Shown here: positions 9,512 to 18,316 of the stretch, in pieces
Layout: each line of letters opens with the position of its first letter
Numbering within the stretch: the first letter of the stretch is position 1
The notes under the pieces: model-generated
Database searches by the model: none
What the model was told of the DNA's origin: nothing
The model's input: the letters and a program-made list of their open reading frames with translations, nothing else
NCBI GenBank assembly: GCA_018992565.1
Contig: JACVGW010000006.1
Coordinates: 2,441 to 51,281, forward strand
Direction of reading: 5' to 3'
DNA length: 48,841 nt
Source: Theionarchaea archaeon
Lineage (GTDB): Archaea > Methanobacteriota_B > Thermococci > Methanofastidiosales > SZ-28-30
Made by a program: the position numbers and the translations under genes

Positions 9512-9880
9512 TTACGGCCTCCTTTCTAGGTCTCGCGATGCTATTATATCGACACCTGTATCCAGGATGTTGCAGCAGATGATCTGTCCACACATTACTG
9601 GTGCCTCAATCTCTGTAGTACTCAATACGCTAACACAATCAGGGATCAATGATTTTGGCAAGGGGGCCCTGCTTCGAACCGGGACAACGGGAAGTATCCC
9701 TTCAGTGACTCGAATAGTAGTGGTAAGCATTCGCAGAGGGTTGCTGAATTCATCAAGAGCATATTGTTCCCCTTGGTTACAGGTCCATCCTTTTATCTCT
9801 AAGACAGTACCCGTGTCTTCAATGAGTTCTACTTGACAGCTTAATGGGCACTTGATACAGGTGAAGTGGTGAGTTTTCAT
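9512..9880 (-). CDS. DUF1667 small Cys-rich protein (usual third subunit of GlpA/NAD(P)-oxidoreductase clusters)
   Basis: CIKCPLSC...GWTCNQG...NPLRMLTTT...VPVRS...NILDTGVDIIASR; start moved to ATG 9880 behind a GAGGT RBS; ends 1 nt before the glpK start. Confidence 0.85.
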   Translation of the reverse strand: MKTHHFTCIKCPLSCQVELIEDTGTVLEIKGWTCNQGEQYALDEFSNPLRMLTTTIRVTEGILPVVPVRSRAPLPKSLIPDCVSVLSTTEIEAPVMCGQIICCNILDTGVDIIASRDLERRP

Positions 9881-10227
9881 GCGTAACCTCTTCAAGTTCT
9901 GGTCTGACTTCCTTTGGATATACGACATATTTAATGGTATCGCTGCCAGATGACCCACCATGAGGGTTCATACTGCTGTCACATGAGTAATAGAGAAATC
10001 GATTAGAGTCCGCTTGTTGCCTCTGATCCCTATGGTGAGAGACCATCAACTGGATAGAAGAATACTCCCTGGAGACATGTCCACATAAATGAAAAAGATG
10101 AACCACCTGAATAGCGGTGGAGACCCTCACCCGAAATGCGGTCTGCGTGCAGATAGACCATATCACTGCAAACATTTATTAGAGAAAGATCAACAACCCT
10201 TACATACATAAAGAGGAGTTGAATTCT

Positions 10228-10632
10228 ATGCCCTTTTTTGGAACACAGGAATGGTGTGAGGAATATATGGACAGGTTGAACAAGAACCCAGCTTATGCTG
10301 AAGCTGCCCGAACATGGGAAGGTGACTTCGTTTTCATAATCAGAGCAGACGGTCCACTGGATCATGACATGTACTTGTGGATTGATCTCTGGCATGGAAA
10401 GGCCCGCGATGGACGGGTTCTCCAGTCTCCTGACGAGGTGCAAGCTGCTTTCACATACGAAGGTCCTTACTCAAACTATGTCAGACTGGTAGAAGGAAAG
10501 CTGGACCCTATACAGGGGTTGATGACTGGAAAATTCAAGCTCAAAGGTGATATGGCCAAAGTCATGCGAGCAGTCAAGGCGGCTCAAGAACTCGTTAGCA
10601 CTATCACGTTGATCGACACACAGTTCTACTAA
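10228..10632 (+). CDS. SCP2 sterol/lipid-binding domain protein
   Basis: FGTQEW...YAEAARTWEGDF...GKLDPIQGLMTGKFKLKGDMAKVMR; GAGGAG RBS before ATG 10228. Confidence 0.88.
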   Translation: MPFFGTQEWCEEYMDRLNKNPAYAEAARTWEGDFVFIIRADGPLDHDMYLWIDLWHGKARDGRVLQSPDEVQAAFTYEGPYSNYVRLVEGKLDPIQGLMTGKFKLKGDMAKVMRAVKAAQELVSTITLIDTQFY

Positions 10633-10652
10633 TCCTTTTTTTTCTGACTTTT
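10633..10652 (+). terminator. Oligo-T terminator between the convergent SCP2 genes
   Basis: TCCTTTTTTTTCTGACTTTT directly after the stop codon. Confidence 0.5.
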
Positions 10653-11063
10653 TTATTTGCCGTAGTCTCCTTCAAATTCCGTGGGAATTGTTTTGAGCAC
10701 TTCAACAAAGCGTTCTGTAGCCTTTGAAGTCTTCAGCATGCGGGCAAGAGACCCCTTTATCTTCAATTTCCGGGTGACAAACGCTTTAGTAACATTGAGG
10801 GTTCCTGTCAGGATGTCCACAAAGTCACCATACTTTGCAGAGAGCACAAAGTCAGTTCTCCTGTCACCACGCCAGATATCAGTCATCTTTCCCTCAGAAA
10901 TCTGAAACCCTAAAACCATGGAATTGGGGACTCCCTTGCTGGGTTCTGCCTCCATCACCAGGGTATAGGAATCATTGACCTCTCTTGCCAGTTCTTCGTA
11001 TTGAGAATCTTCATTCACTCGGTTTTTGGCTTCTTCCAGATATTTGTCACAACCTAAGAGAAT
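10653..11063 (-). CDS. SCP2 sterol/lipid-binding domain protein, probable ATT start
   Basis: GTLNVTKAFVTRKLKIKGSLARML SCP2 signature. The frame extends upstream of GTG 11018 to ATT 11063, which lies 4 nt behind GGAGGTGA. Confidence 0.8.
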   Translation of the reverse strand: MLLGCDKYLEEAKNRVNEDSQYEELAREVNDSYTLVMEAEPSKGVPNSMVLGFQISEGKMTDIWRGDRRTDFVLSAKYGDFVDILTGTLNVTKAFVTRKLKIKGSLARMLKTSKATERFVEVLKTIPTEFEGDYGK

Positions 11064-11077
11064 ACAATCACCTCCTT

Positions 11078-12109
11078 TTATGATATTTTTACCAGGAGCT
11101 TCACAACTTCTGATTGGGGATTTGTCAGGATTCTAAATCCCTTCTCAACAACATCTTCTAAAGCTATTTCGGTGATCAAATCGCCAACGCGAATCATTTT
11201 CTTTTCAAGCAGTGTCAACGCAGTGGAAAATTCTGAATATCCGCAGTAGCTGTACTGGAAGGTCAGCTCATTGAGGACTGCTGTCATGAAATCTGCCTCC
11301 ACAGGTTCTTCAGATATTCCCAAGATCAGGACAGTACCGCCTTTTCTTGCTAGGGAGAAGGTCTCTGCTGCGGCGTGAGGTGACCCTGAGCATTCCACTA
11401 CCAGGTCAGGTAGGCGGCCTGCCTTTTCACTGAATTCCACCCACACATTGGATCCAGAAGGGTCAATGACCAGATCAGCACCCAGTTTGGTTGCAATACC
11501 CCTCCTGGCAGAATTAGGCTCAGAAACAGCCACGAAAGAACTACCTACAGCCAGGACTACCTGCATTGCCAGCAATCCCAGAGTACCTGCACCTGTCACC
11601 AGTGCTTTATGACCCACTTCCCAGCGACTCCGGATCAGACTGAACCCATGTAAGACAACAGCCAGCGGTTCTGTCAAAGCGGCTTCTCTCGCAGCAATAG
11701 AATCGGGTATCTGTAGTACCGAATCAGCAGGGAGTGTAAGGAGCTCTGCAAGACCGCCATTAACAGTGATACCAGGCATTTTCACGTTGTCACATAAGCT
11801 GTATTTTCCCTCAGCGCAGAAAGAACAAGCCCCACAGGGAATGACAGAATTGGCCACCACCATATCTCCTGGATGCCATCCCTCCACTTCAGGACCGCAT
11901 TCTACTACTCTGGCGGAAACCTCATGACCCAATACTACGCCCGGGGCATACATGCCACGGTTCCAGGCATCCACATCTGTGCCACAAATCCCGCAATACA
12001 GCGGACGGAGCAGGACTTCACCAGGTCCAGGGGAAGGATCATCTACATCCTCAACGCGGACATCCTTTTTTCCGTAAAATACGGCCGCTTTCACCTCATC
12101 ACCAGTCAT
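11078..12109 (-). CDS. Zinc-dependent medium-chain alcohol dehydrogenase (threonine/butanediol/sorbitol DH family)
   Basis: GICGTD, LGHE, CGACSFC...C structural Zn site, EPLAV, GAGTLG; alternative start GTG 12094. Confidence 0.9.
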   Translation of the reverse strand: MTGDEVKAAVFYGKKDVRVEDVDDPSPGPGEVLLRPLYCGICGTDVDAWNRGMYAPGVVLGHEVSARVVECGPEVEGWHPGDMVVANSVIPCGACSFCAEGKYSLCDNVKMPGITVNGGLAELLTLPADSVLQIPDSIAAREAALTEPLAVVLHGFSLIRSRWEVGHKALVTGAGTLGLLAMQVVLAVGSSFVAVSEPNSARRGIATKLGADLVIDPSGSNVWVEFSEKAGRLPDLVVECSGSPHAAAETFSLARKGGTVLILGISEEPVEADFMTAVLNELTFQYSYCGYSEFSTALTLLEKKMIRVGDLITEIALEDVVEKGFRILTNPQSEVVKLLVKIS

Positions 12110-13845
12110 TCATCAGGCATTTCACAGCCTTCCAGCCAGAGTGCAGCCACCGTCTTGAAATCAGGAGGCTCCAGGTTAATATCACTGTCCACAACTACGT
12201 CAAGCAGAGCAGGCTTTCCCGAATCTGCGGCTCTCTTCAGAGCAGGGATAATTTCATCAGGAGAGTGGACGCGCTCCCCATAGCATCCCATGGCTTCTGC
12301 AATCTTGTCATATCTCGCATCAGTGAAGTCCACCCCAATAAACCGTGAGTCACACACAGCCTTCTGACCTGCCTTTATCATCCCGTACGCCCTGTCATTA
12401 ACCACTACAACAATAATTGGCACAGATAATCGTGCTGCAGTCTCCAGTTCCTGGATATTGAACATTACTGAGCCGTCACTGGTAATACAGTACACCTTCC
12501 TGTCAGGCCGAGCCAGTTGAGCACCAATCGCATATCCAATGCCCGTACCTAAATGGCCGGAATCGGATGCCCAGATGAAGGTTCGAGGCTCATAGATACG
12601 ATTGAGGTACACTGCCCAGATTGCAGTATTCCCCCCGTCCACGATACTGATGGCCGATCTGGGGAAGAAATCCCTCACTTTTTGGATGAGGACCAAGGGA
12701 TGGATGGGCTCCTGGTCAGACTTACTCAATTCCCTGAAATCTTCAAGCCATGCCTCCTGAGCTGCTCTATCATCATCGAGATCCTCTCTGGGAGATTTCT
12801 TCTCAGGGTGAATCTTCCTGACTTCTTCCAGTAATTGTTGAAGGGTGGCTTTTGCATCTCCTGTTATAGCCAACTCCACAGGACGATTCAGAGCGTGCAT
12901 GGTGGGATCAATGTCTATCTGGATCACTTTCTGTTCATCAGGTTCCCCCCATCCAGGCGGCTTTCCCCAGAAATCCAGATCACCGAACCTCCCTCCTACG
13001 GCTAAGACGACATCTGCTCCCACCTGTGCAGCCAATGAGCCATACCCTGCAGGCAGTAAGCATAACTCGTGATCTTCGGGGATGACCCCTCTGGCCATCA
13101 ATGATGTAGTAACAGGGGCCTGCAGGTACTCTGCCAGCTCCACTATTTCAATGGATGCTCCAGATTGTAAGACGCCTCCTCCCGCATGTATCAAGGGTGC
13201 TCTTGCCTCCACCAGCATGTGTGCAGCTCTCTTTGTAGCATCAGGATTTCCTAATGGGGGTACCAGCGCCCTATACTGGTAGGGAGGTAAGACCGGGCTT
13301 TCCAGTTCTTCAGGGTAGCCTGCATCAAACAAAATATCTGCTGGAAAATCTAACAGCACAGGACCAGGCCTGCCTGAAATTGCATTGCGAAATCCCCACT
13401 GGACTAGGGAAGGAATCCTCTTCCAATGATTCACCAGGACTCTCCACTTCGTAATCGGCTGAAACAGAGATTGCTGGTCCAGAGCCTGCATGGAACCATG
13501 ATCAGGATGTATCTTCCAGGATTGATTCTGAGCTGTTAGTACAATCATAGGAATAGAATCTGCATACGCAACATACACACCAGGAACGAGATCTGCTGCC
13601 CCTGGGCCTACAGTCCCCACGCAGACTCCCGGTTCACCTGTCACCCGGGCCCAGGCATCTGCCGCGTGAGCTGCAGCCTGTTCATGCCGGGTAGTAACAA
13701 AATCGATCTCATCTGATTTATATAGAGCATCAAGGAACGGGTATAATTGATCTCCAGGAACACCGAAAACCTTCTTGACTCCTTCCTGAATCAAACATTG
13801 CGCAAGAACGTCGCCACCAGTTACCTTGGGTTTTTTTTCTGCCAT
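12106..13845 (-). CDS. Thiamine diphosphate-dependent enzyme (acetolactate synthase / 2-hydroxyacyl-CoA lyase / benzaldehyde lyase superfamily)
   Basis: RHEQAAAHAADAWAR, GPGAAD, GRPGPVLLDFPAD, ThDP motif SDGSVMFN...VVNDRAYGMI. Confidence 0.88.
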   Translation of the reverse strand: MAEKKPKVTGGDVLAQCLIQEGVKKVFGVPGDQLYPFLDALYKSDEIDFVTTRHEQAAAHAADAWARVTGEPGVCVGTVGPGAADLVPGVYVAYADSIPMIVLTAQNQSWKIHPDHGSMQALDQQSLFQPITKWRVLVNHWKRIPSLVQWGFRNAISGRPGPVLLDFPADILFDAGYPEELESPVLPPYQYRALVPPLGNPDATKRAAHMLVEARAPLIHAGGGVLQSGASIEIVELAEYLQAPVTTSLMARGVIPEDHELCLLPAGYGSLAAQVGADVVLAVGGRFGDLDFWGKPPGWGEPDEQKVIQIDIDPTMHALNRPVELAITGDAKATLQQLLEEVRKIHPEKKSPREDLDDDRAAQEAWLEDFRELSKSDQEPIHPLVLIQKVRDFFPRSAISIVDGGNTAIWAVYLNRIYEPRTFIWASDSGHLGTGIGYAIGAQLARPDRKVYCITSDGSVMFNIQELETAARLSVPIIVVVVNDRAYGMIKAGQKAVCDSRFIGVDFTDARYDKIAEAMGCYGERVHSPDEIIPALKRAADSGKPALLDVVVDSDINLEPPDFKTVAALWLEGCEMPDE

Positions 13846-14131
13846 GACATCACCATTTCCCTATATATTGCTGTCATGCCTTAAAAATCTGCAGGAGACG
13901 TTCGAAACCAAGAGAAAGATGTCATCACGCTCATAGAGAAAGAAGGGTGCAACCTCTGTCACTTCCTGTTGTATCCCCCTTGGAACTCATGATTCCAGGC
14001 TGAGAAAATTCAGCAGACTGTCCTATCCTGTGGATGTGCGAGAGCAAAGGTGAAAGTCAGGAAAAAGACACAAATGGAAGAGTTTATTAGATTCCAAGAG
14101 TATGGTTCCAAGAATCTTTGCAGGTGGTAAT

Positions 14132-14836
14132 ATGAAGGATACCGACAAGAAAACTGTCACGTGCGGGATTTGCGGAGAACAAAAGGATCCGGATGAAGTC
14201 ATTCCGGGGGATCTCGTTCGAGAGCCCTTAGTTGAAATCATCCAGAGGAAGTATCCAGAATGGTCCCCCGCTCAATTCATATGTATAACTGACCTCAATC
14301 ATTTCAGGTCAGAATATGTCAGGGAGATACTGGAAACTGAGAAAGGTGAACTCTCCTCATTGGAGGAACAAGTGATGAATAGTCTCAAAGAACAGGAACT
14401 CATATCCAGGAACATCAATGTTGAGTTCGAGCAAAAACTGTCCTTTGGAGAACACCTTTCAGATGCTTTGGCTAAATTTGCCGGAAGCTGGCTTTTTATC
14501 ATGATTTTCTCAAGTACACTCGTGGTATGGATTGTCATAAACAGCGTGATGCTCTTATCCAAGCCGTTTGATCCGTTCCCTTTCATTCTCCTCAACCTCA
14601 TACTGTCATGTCTTGCTGCAGTACAGGCACCCGTTATCATGATGAGCCAGAATCGCCAGGAAGCAAAAGACCGTCTGCGTTCAGAACATGACTATGTGGT
14701 TAACCTCAAAGCTGAACTGGAAATAAGAAACCTTCACGAAAAGATAGACCATCTCCTGGCAAACCAATGGCAGAGGCTCCTGCAAATTCAGGAAATCCAG
14801 ATGGAGTTGATGGAAGAACTGGCTCGCAAACACTGA
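14132..14836 (+). CDS. DUF1003 membrane protein
   Basis: FAGSWLFI...FDPFPFILLNLILSCLAAVQAPVIMMSQNRQ...DYVVNLKAELEI; start set to ATG 14132 behind AGGTGG. Confidence 0.9.
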   Translation: MKDTDKKTVTCGICGEQKDPDEVIPGDLVREPLVEIIQRKYPEWSPAQFICITDLNHFRSEYVREILETEKGELSSLEEQVMNSLKEQELISRNINVEFEQKLSFGEHLSDALAKFAGSWLFIMIFSSTLVVWIVINSVMLLSKPFDPFPFILLNLILSCLAAVQAPVIMMSQNRQEAKDRLRSEHDYVVNLKAELEIRNLHEKIDHLLANQWQRLLQIQEIQMELMEELARKH

Positions 14837-14868
14837 TCACTAGCATTGCAGGATGCGAGATAAAAGTG

Positions 14869-16710
14869 TCAACGAAATACTGAAAGTAATCCCAGCTCTT
14901 TCAGTTTTGCTTCTGAAGGAGCTCCCGTCCGTGAGTCCCACTCCCGGAATTCATAGTACTGCGCGAGCATCTTCCTCCAGTCAGGACACTTACCTGCTGA
15001 TCCTCCTTCAGACACTGGATGCGTCAGTATACCGGGGAGAGTGTCCCAGTCTGCAGTGAGGCCCATCTTGATATTGAACAGCCTTTTCATTGTTAGAACG
15101 CGCTCTCCAATTGTTTTAATCTCCGGTATTCCAGTATCCCATCCGGTAGCCAGAGTGAGCAGGTTACCAATGGAAGATGGGGAAGGGTTGCAGAACATGC
15201 AGAGGATAACAGTGCTGTAAAAAGCCCGATAGTCCTGAAGACGCGCACAGGTATCAGTCATTACACTGCTGTCATCATAATGATCTGGAACAGGGATATC
15301 CAGTTCTGGAAATGGCTGCCCTGTGGAAGTCATGTACATATCGCACGAGTTGTGACCAGGTCCTCTGGGGCCTGTAGCATATGCAATAGCCATCCCATAC
15401 GTGGAGCGAATATCATGGTATGTCACTTCCATGCCATCCACAGTGGCAATCTCATCACGGGGAACACCGAAGTAGTCCCCAACGGCATTAGCACCTTCAG
15501 CAAGGATGTCCCCTATCCCTTCACGGTGGGCAATCCTGGAAATGAACTGCAGTGCCGGATCAATATCCCCGAAGTGAGGGTTGATGCCATCAAGATCATC
15601 AGCATGGATGATTCCTTTTTCTGAAAGGTAATAAATAAGAGAAATAACTCCGCTGGAGGAGATAGTGTCAATTCCATAATCATTGCACAAATAATTTGCC
15701 CTGGCTATAGCTTCTAGATTGTTATTGAGAAGTTGAGACCCAAATCCTGCCACTGTCTCATATTCCGGGCCTTCTACTTCCCCTGGGATTCTATGTTTCC
15801 CCTCTTTCACGCTGACAACCCGGCCGCATCCAATAGGACAGGCAAAACAGTGACGGGAACGCACCAGGATGGATTCTTTCATTGTTGAACCAGAAATATC
15901 GTAGGCACCATCGAATTCCCCTCTTGTCCAGTATTTGACTGGAAGCTGTCCCCTGACGTTGTACATGTCAACACCACCTGAGGTTCCCAGTTCCCCCATC
16001 ATCTGGGCAGTAAATATGCCCATGATCTCATTCCTGATAGTCTTTGCCAGCTGGTTATAATGCTCGGGGTCAGCGAGGTCAATATCCTGTGATTTTCCCC
16101 TGACTACAACAGCCTTCAGGTTCTTCGAGCCCATAACAGCTCCCATTCCTGTCCTTCCTGCTGCCCGTTCCTCAGATCCAATGCTGGCATATTTCACCAG
16201 GTTTTCCCCTGCGGGGCCTATGCAGGCAACCCTTGCCAGATCATCTGGACTTTCCTTCTTCAGTGTGAAATGTGTTTCATAGATACCTTTGCCCCACAGG
16301 TGGGAGGCATCCTTCAAATCCTGTTCATCGTTGGTAATCCACAGGTACACAGGGCGCTCAGAAGCTCCTTTCACCAGGACACCATCAAATCCAGCAAATT
16401 TCAGCTCTGCTCCAAAGAAGCCGCCACAGTTGGATTCTCCCCAGATCCCGGTAAGAGGTGATTTGGCGCAGACCACCCATCTGCCTGCTGTGGGAGCACG
16501 AGTCCCTGTCAGAGGCCCTGTCATAAAAAAGAGAGGATTCTCTGCTCCCAGAGGATTGGTGCACTCATCCACAAGGTCATAGAGGTACCGCACCGCATAC
16601 CCCGCCCCACCCAGAAAAGCTCTGGCAATCTCTTCATCTAGTGGTTCTGTGCCAATGCTCTCTCGGAGCAGGTCCACCACAAGAATCGTGCCGCAAAATC
16701 CTTTCATCAT
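14869..16710 (-). CDS. aor: Tungsten-containing aldehyde:ferredoxin oxidoreductase family protein
   Basis: GPLTGT, KSPLTG, GFDG, IGPAGENLV, GRTGMGAVMGSKNLKAV, CFACPIGC, GPEYET, GIDTIS, LCMF; start MMKGFCG behind a GAAGGTGA RBS (the track start overlaps the ADH gene). Confidence 0.92.
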   Translation of the reverse strand: MMKGFCGTILVVDLLRESIGTEPLDEEIARAFLGGAGYAVRYLYDLVDECTNPLGAENPLFFMTGPLTGTRAPTAGRWVVCAKSPLTGIWGESNCGGFFGAELKFAGFDGVLVKGASERPVYLWITNDEQDLKDASHLWGKGIYETHFTLKKESPDDLARVACIGPAGENLVKYASIGSEERAAGRTGMGAVMGSKNLKAVVVRGKSQDIDLADPEHYNQLAKTIRNEIMGIFTAQMMGELGTSGGVDMYNVRGQLPVKYWTRGEFDGAYDISGSTMKESILVRSRHCFACPIGCGRVVSVKEGKHRIPGEVEGPEYETVAGFGSQLLNNNLEAIARANYLCNDYGIDTISSSGVISLIYYLSEKGIIHADDLDGINPHFGDIDPALQFISRIAHREGIGDILAEGANAVGDYFGVPRDEIATVDGMEVTYHDIRSTYGMAIAYATGPRGPGHNSCDMYMTSTGQPFPELDIPVPDHYDDSSVMTDTCARLQDYRAFYSTVILCMFCNPSPSSIGNLLTLATGWDTGIPEIKTIGERVLTMKRLFNIKMGLTADWDTLPGILTHPVSEGGSAGKCPDWRKMLAQYYEFREWDSRTGAPSEAKLKELGLLSVFR

Positions 16711-16717
16711 ATCACCT

Positions 16718-17911
16718 TCAGAAATCGACGTTCCTTCCAGAGTACATGTATTCAAAAAGCTTTCTGAATTCTGCAACTCCAATACTGCGGGGGGTCATTA
16801 CAGTACTGGCTGATTCCATGCACAGAGTGATAAGGTGATCCATATTCTCATCCAGGTCTTCCTGAGAGATCCCCAAGGCCTGTAAGGAAGGAGGTAGTCC
16901 TGTCTCTTTCTGCAGCCATTTTACCTTTTCTACAAGCTTATCAGCAGCTTTGGTATCCTCATCTGACCAGTGGGCAACTCCAACTGACTTTGCAGCCAAA
17001 GAAACCTTCTTAGTAGAACTACTGCTCTCAGGATCACGTATACAGTATTCCATGGCGTAGGGTAAGCACAACCCTACAGCAGTACCGTGAGGAATGTGAA
17101 AAACGGCACCCAGAGCATGAGCCATAGCATGTCCCAGTGTCACCTGTGCATTGCCAAATGCCAGCCCACCCATGCTGGCTGCATCATGCAACAGCTCTCG
17201 TGCTTTCATATTGTCCCCATGGTGCACAGCTTCAGGCAGATATTCAAGAATGAGGCGGATAGCTTCGATAGCAAGCGCATCTGAAAATACGTTCTGCCAG
17301 GTGGATATCAAGCATTCCACACTGTGAGCCAGGGCATCGAACCCTGTTCCTGCTGTGAGCCCTGGAGGCATTCCTCTCGTGAATACAGGATCAACCAGGG
17401 CAAAGGTGGGAATGACTCCTTTGTTTCCCTGCTCAAGTTTCAGGTCCCTCCCTTCCTGGGTTCGGGTAATGACTACTGCCCAGGTCGTCTCAGCACCGGT
17501 CCCTGAAGTAGTGGGGATGGCGATCAACTGAGCTTTCTTTCCTGTATTCAGGTTCTGAAAGGGATGGATCTCATCCACACTGGTAAACTCTGGATGTTCA
17601 TATAAGACCCAGACAGCTTTCGCAGTATCAAGAGATGAACCTCCTCCAATTCCTATGATGAGATCTGGGTTATACATCTTACACTGCTCAGCTGCTACAT
17701 AAACTGTCTCCTCTCTGGGATCAGGTTCCACATCTGCAAAGACTTCCCAGGCCTTGCCAGAACCCGCCAGTTTTTCAGTAAGAATGTCCAGCAATCCCAG
17801 GCTCTTGATGCCCGGGTCTGTCACAATAAAGCATTTCTTCCCTTCAATGGTTTCCAGGTGATCCAGGGCATCTTCCCCGAAAACCACGATCGGCGAGTAG
17901 AAGTACCACAT
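16718..17911 (-). CDS. Iron-containing (type III) alcohol dehydrogenase
   Basis: VEPDP, GGGSSLDTAK, IPTTSGTGAE, DALAHSVE, HAMAH, HG; GGAGG RBS. Confidence 0.92.
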   Translation of the reverse strand: MWYFYSPIVVFGEDALDHLETIEGKKCFIVTDPGIKSLGLLDILTEKLAGSGKAWEVFADVEPDPREETVYVAAEQCKMYNPDLIIGIGGGSSLDTAKAVWVLYEHPEFTSVDEIHPFQNLNTGKKAQLIAIPTTSGTGAETTWAVVITRTQEGRDLKLEQGNKGVIPTFALVDPVFTRGMPPGLTAGTGFDALAHSVECLISTWQNVFSDALAIEAIRLILEYLPEAVHHGDNMKARELLHDAASMGGLAFGNAQVTLGHAMAHALGAVFHIPHGTAVGLCLPYAMEYCIRDPESSSSTKKVSLAAKSVGVAHWSDEDTKAADKLVEKVKWLQKETGLPPSLQALGISQEDLDENMDHLITLCMESASTVMTPRSIGVAEFRKLFEYMYSGRNVDF

Positions 17912-18316
17912 GTTTGAACCTCCTGATACCCTGGATAATATCTGTCAGAATTTAAATGATACCCCTCATGACCTTTGTGACCCATGTTCCAGTTGTGTGC
18001 TCATTGTACAGATTGTGGATTTCGCATATAATATAGTCCAGAGCAGATGTGACTTTCATGGTAACATCAATACATTTTGTGCAGGGCTAATCTGGATTTC
18101 ATGGTAGAAAATGTGACTATTTGGACAAGAAAGGGCATACCTGTTGTAGCACAGAAAACGTGCGAAAAGTTGCTTGAATAAAGAAAAACAGGATTTATAT
18201 ATAATGTAACTAGAGGCAAAGGGAGCTGTGACAGATACTGAATATTCTGACTCTGTCGAGGAGAGTCCTGCCACACCCGAATCACAACTGAACTGTAAAG
18301 GGAAAAGGTGACAAGA

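Noticed and set aside
18047-18117. Short direct repeats TTTCATGGTA x2 and ATGTGACT x2
   Set aside because: Only two short copies each, with no regular spacing; not a CRISPR array and not clearly above chance.
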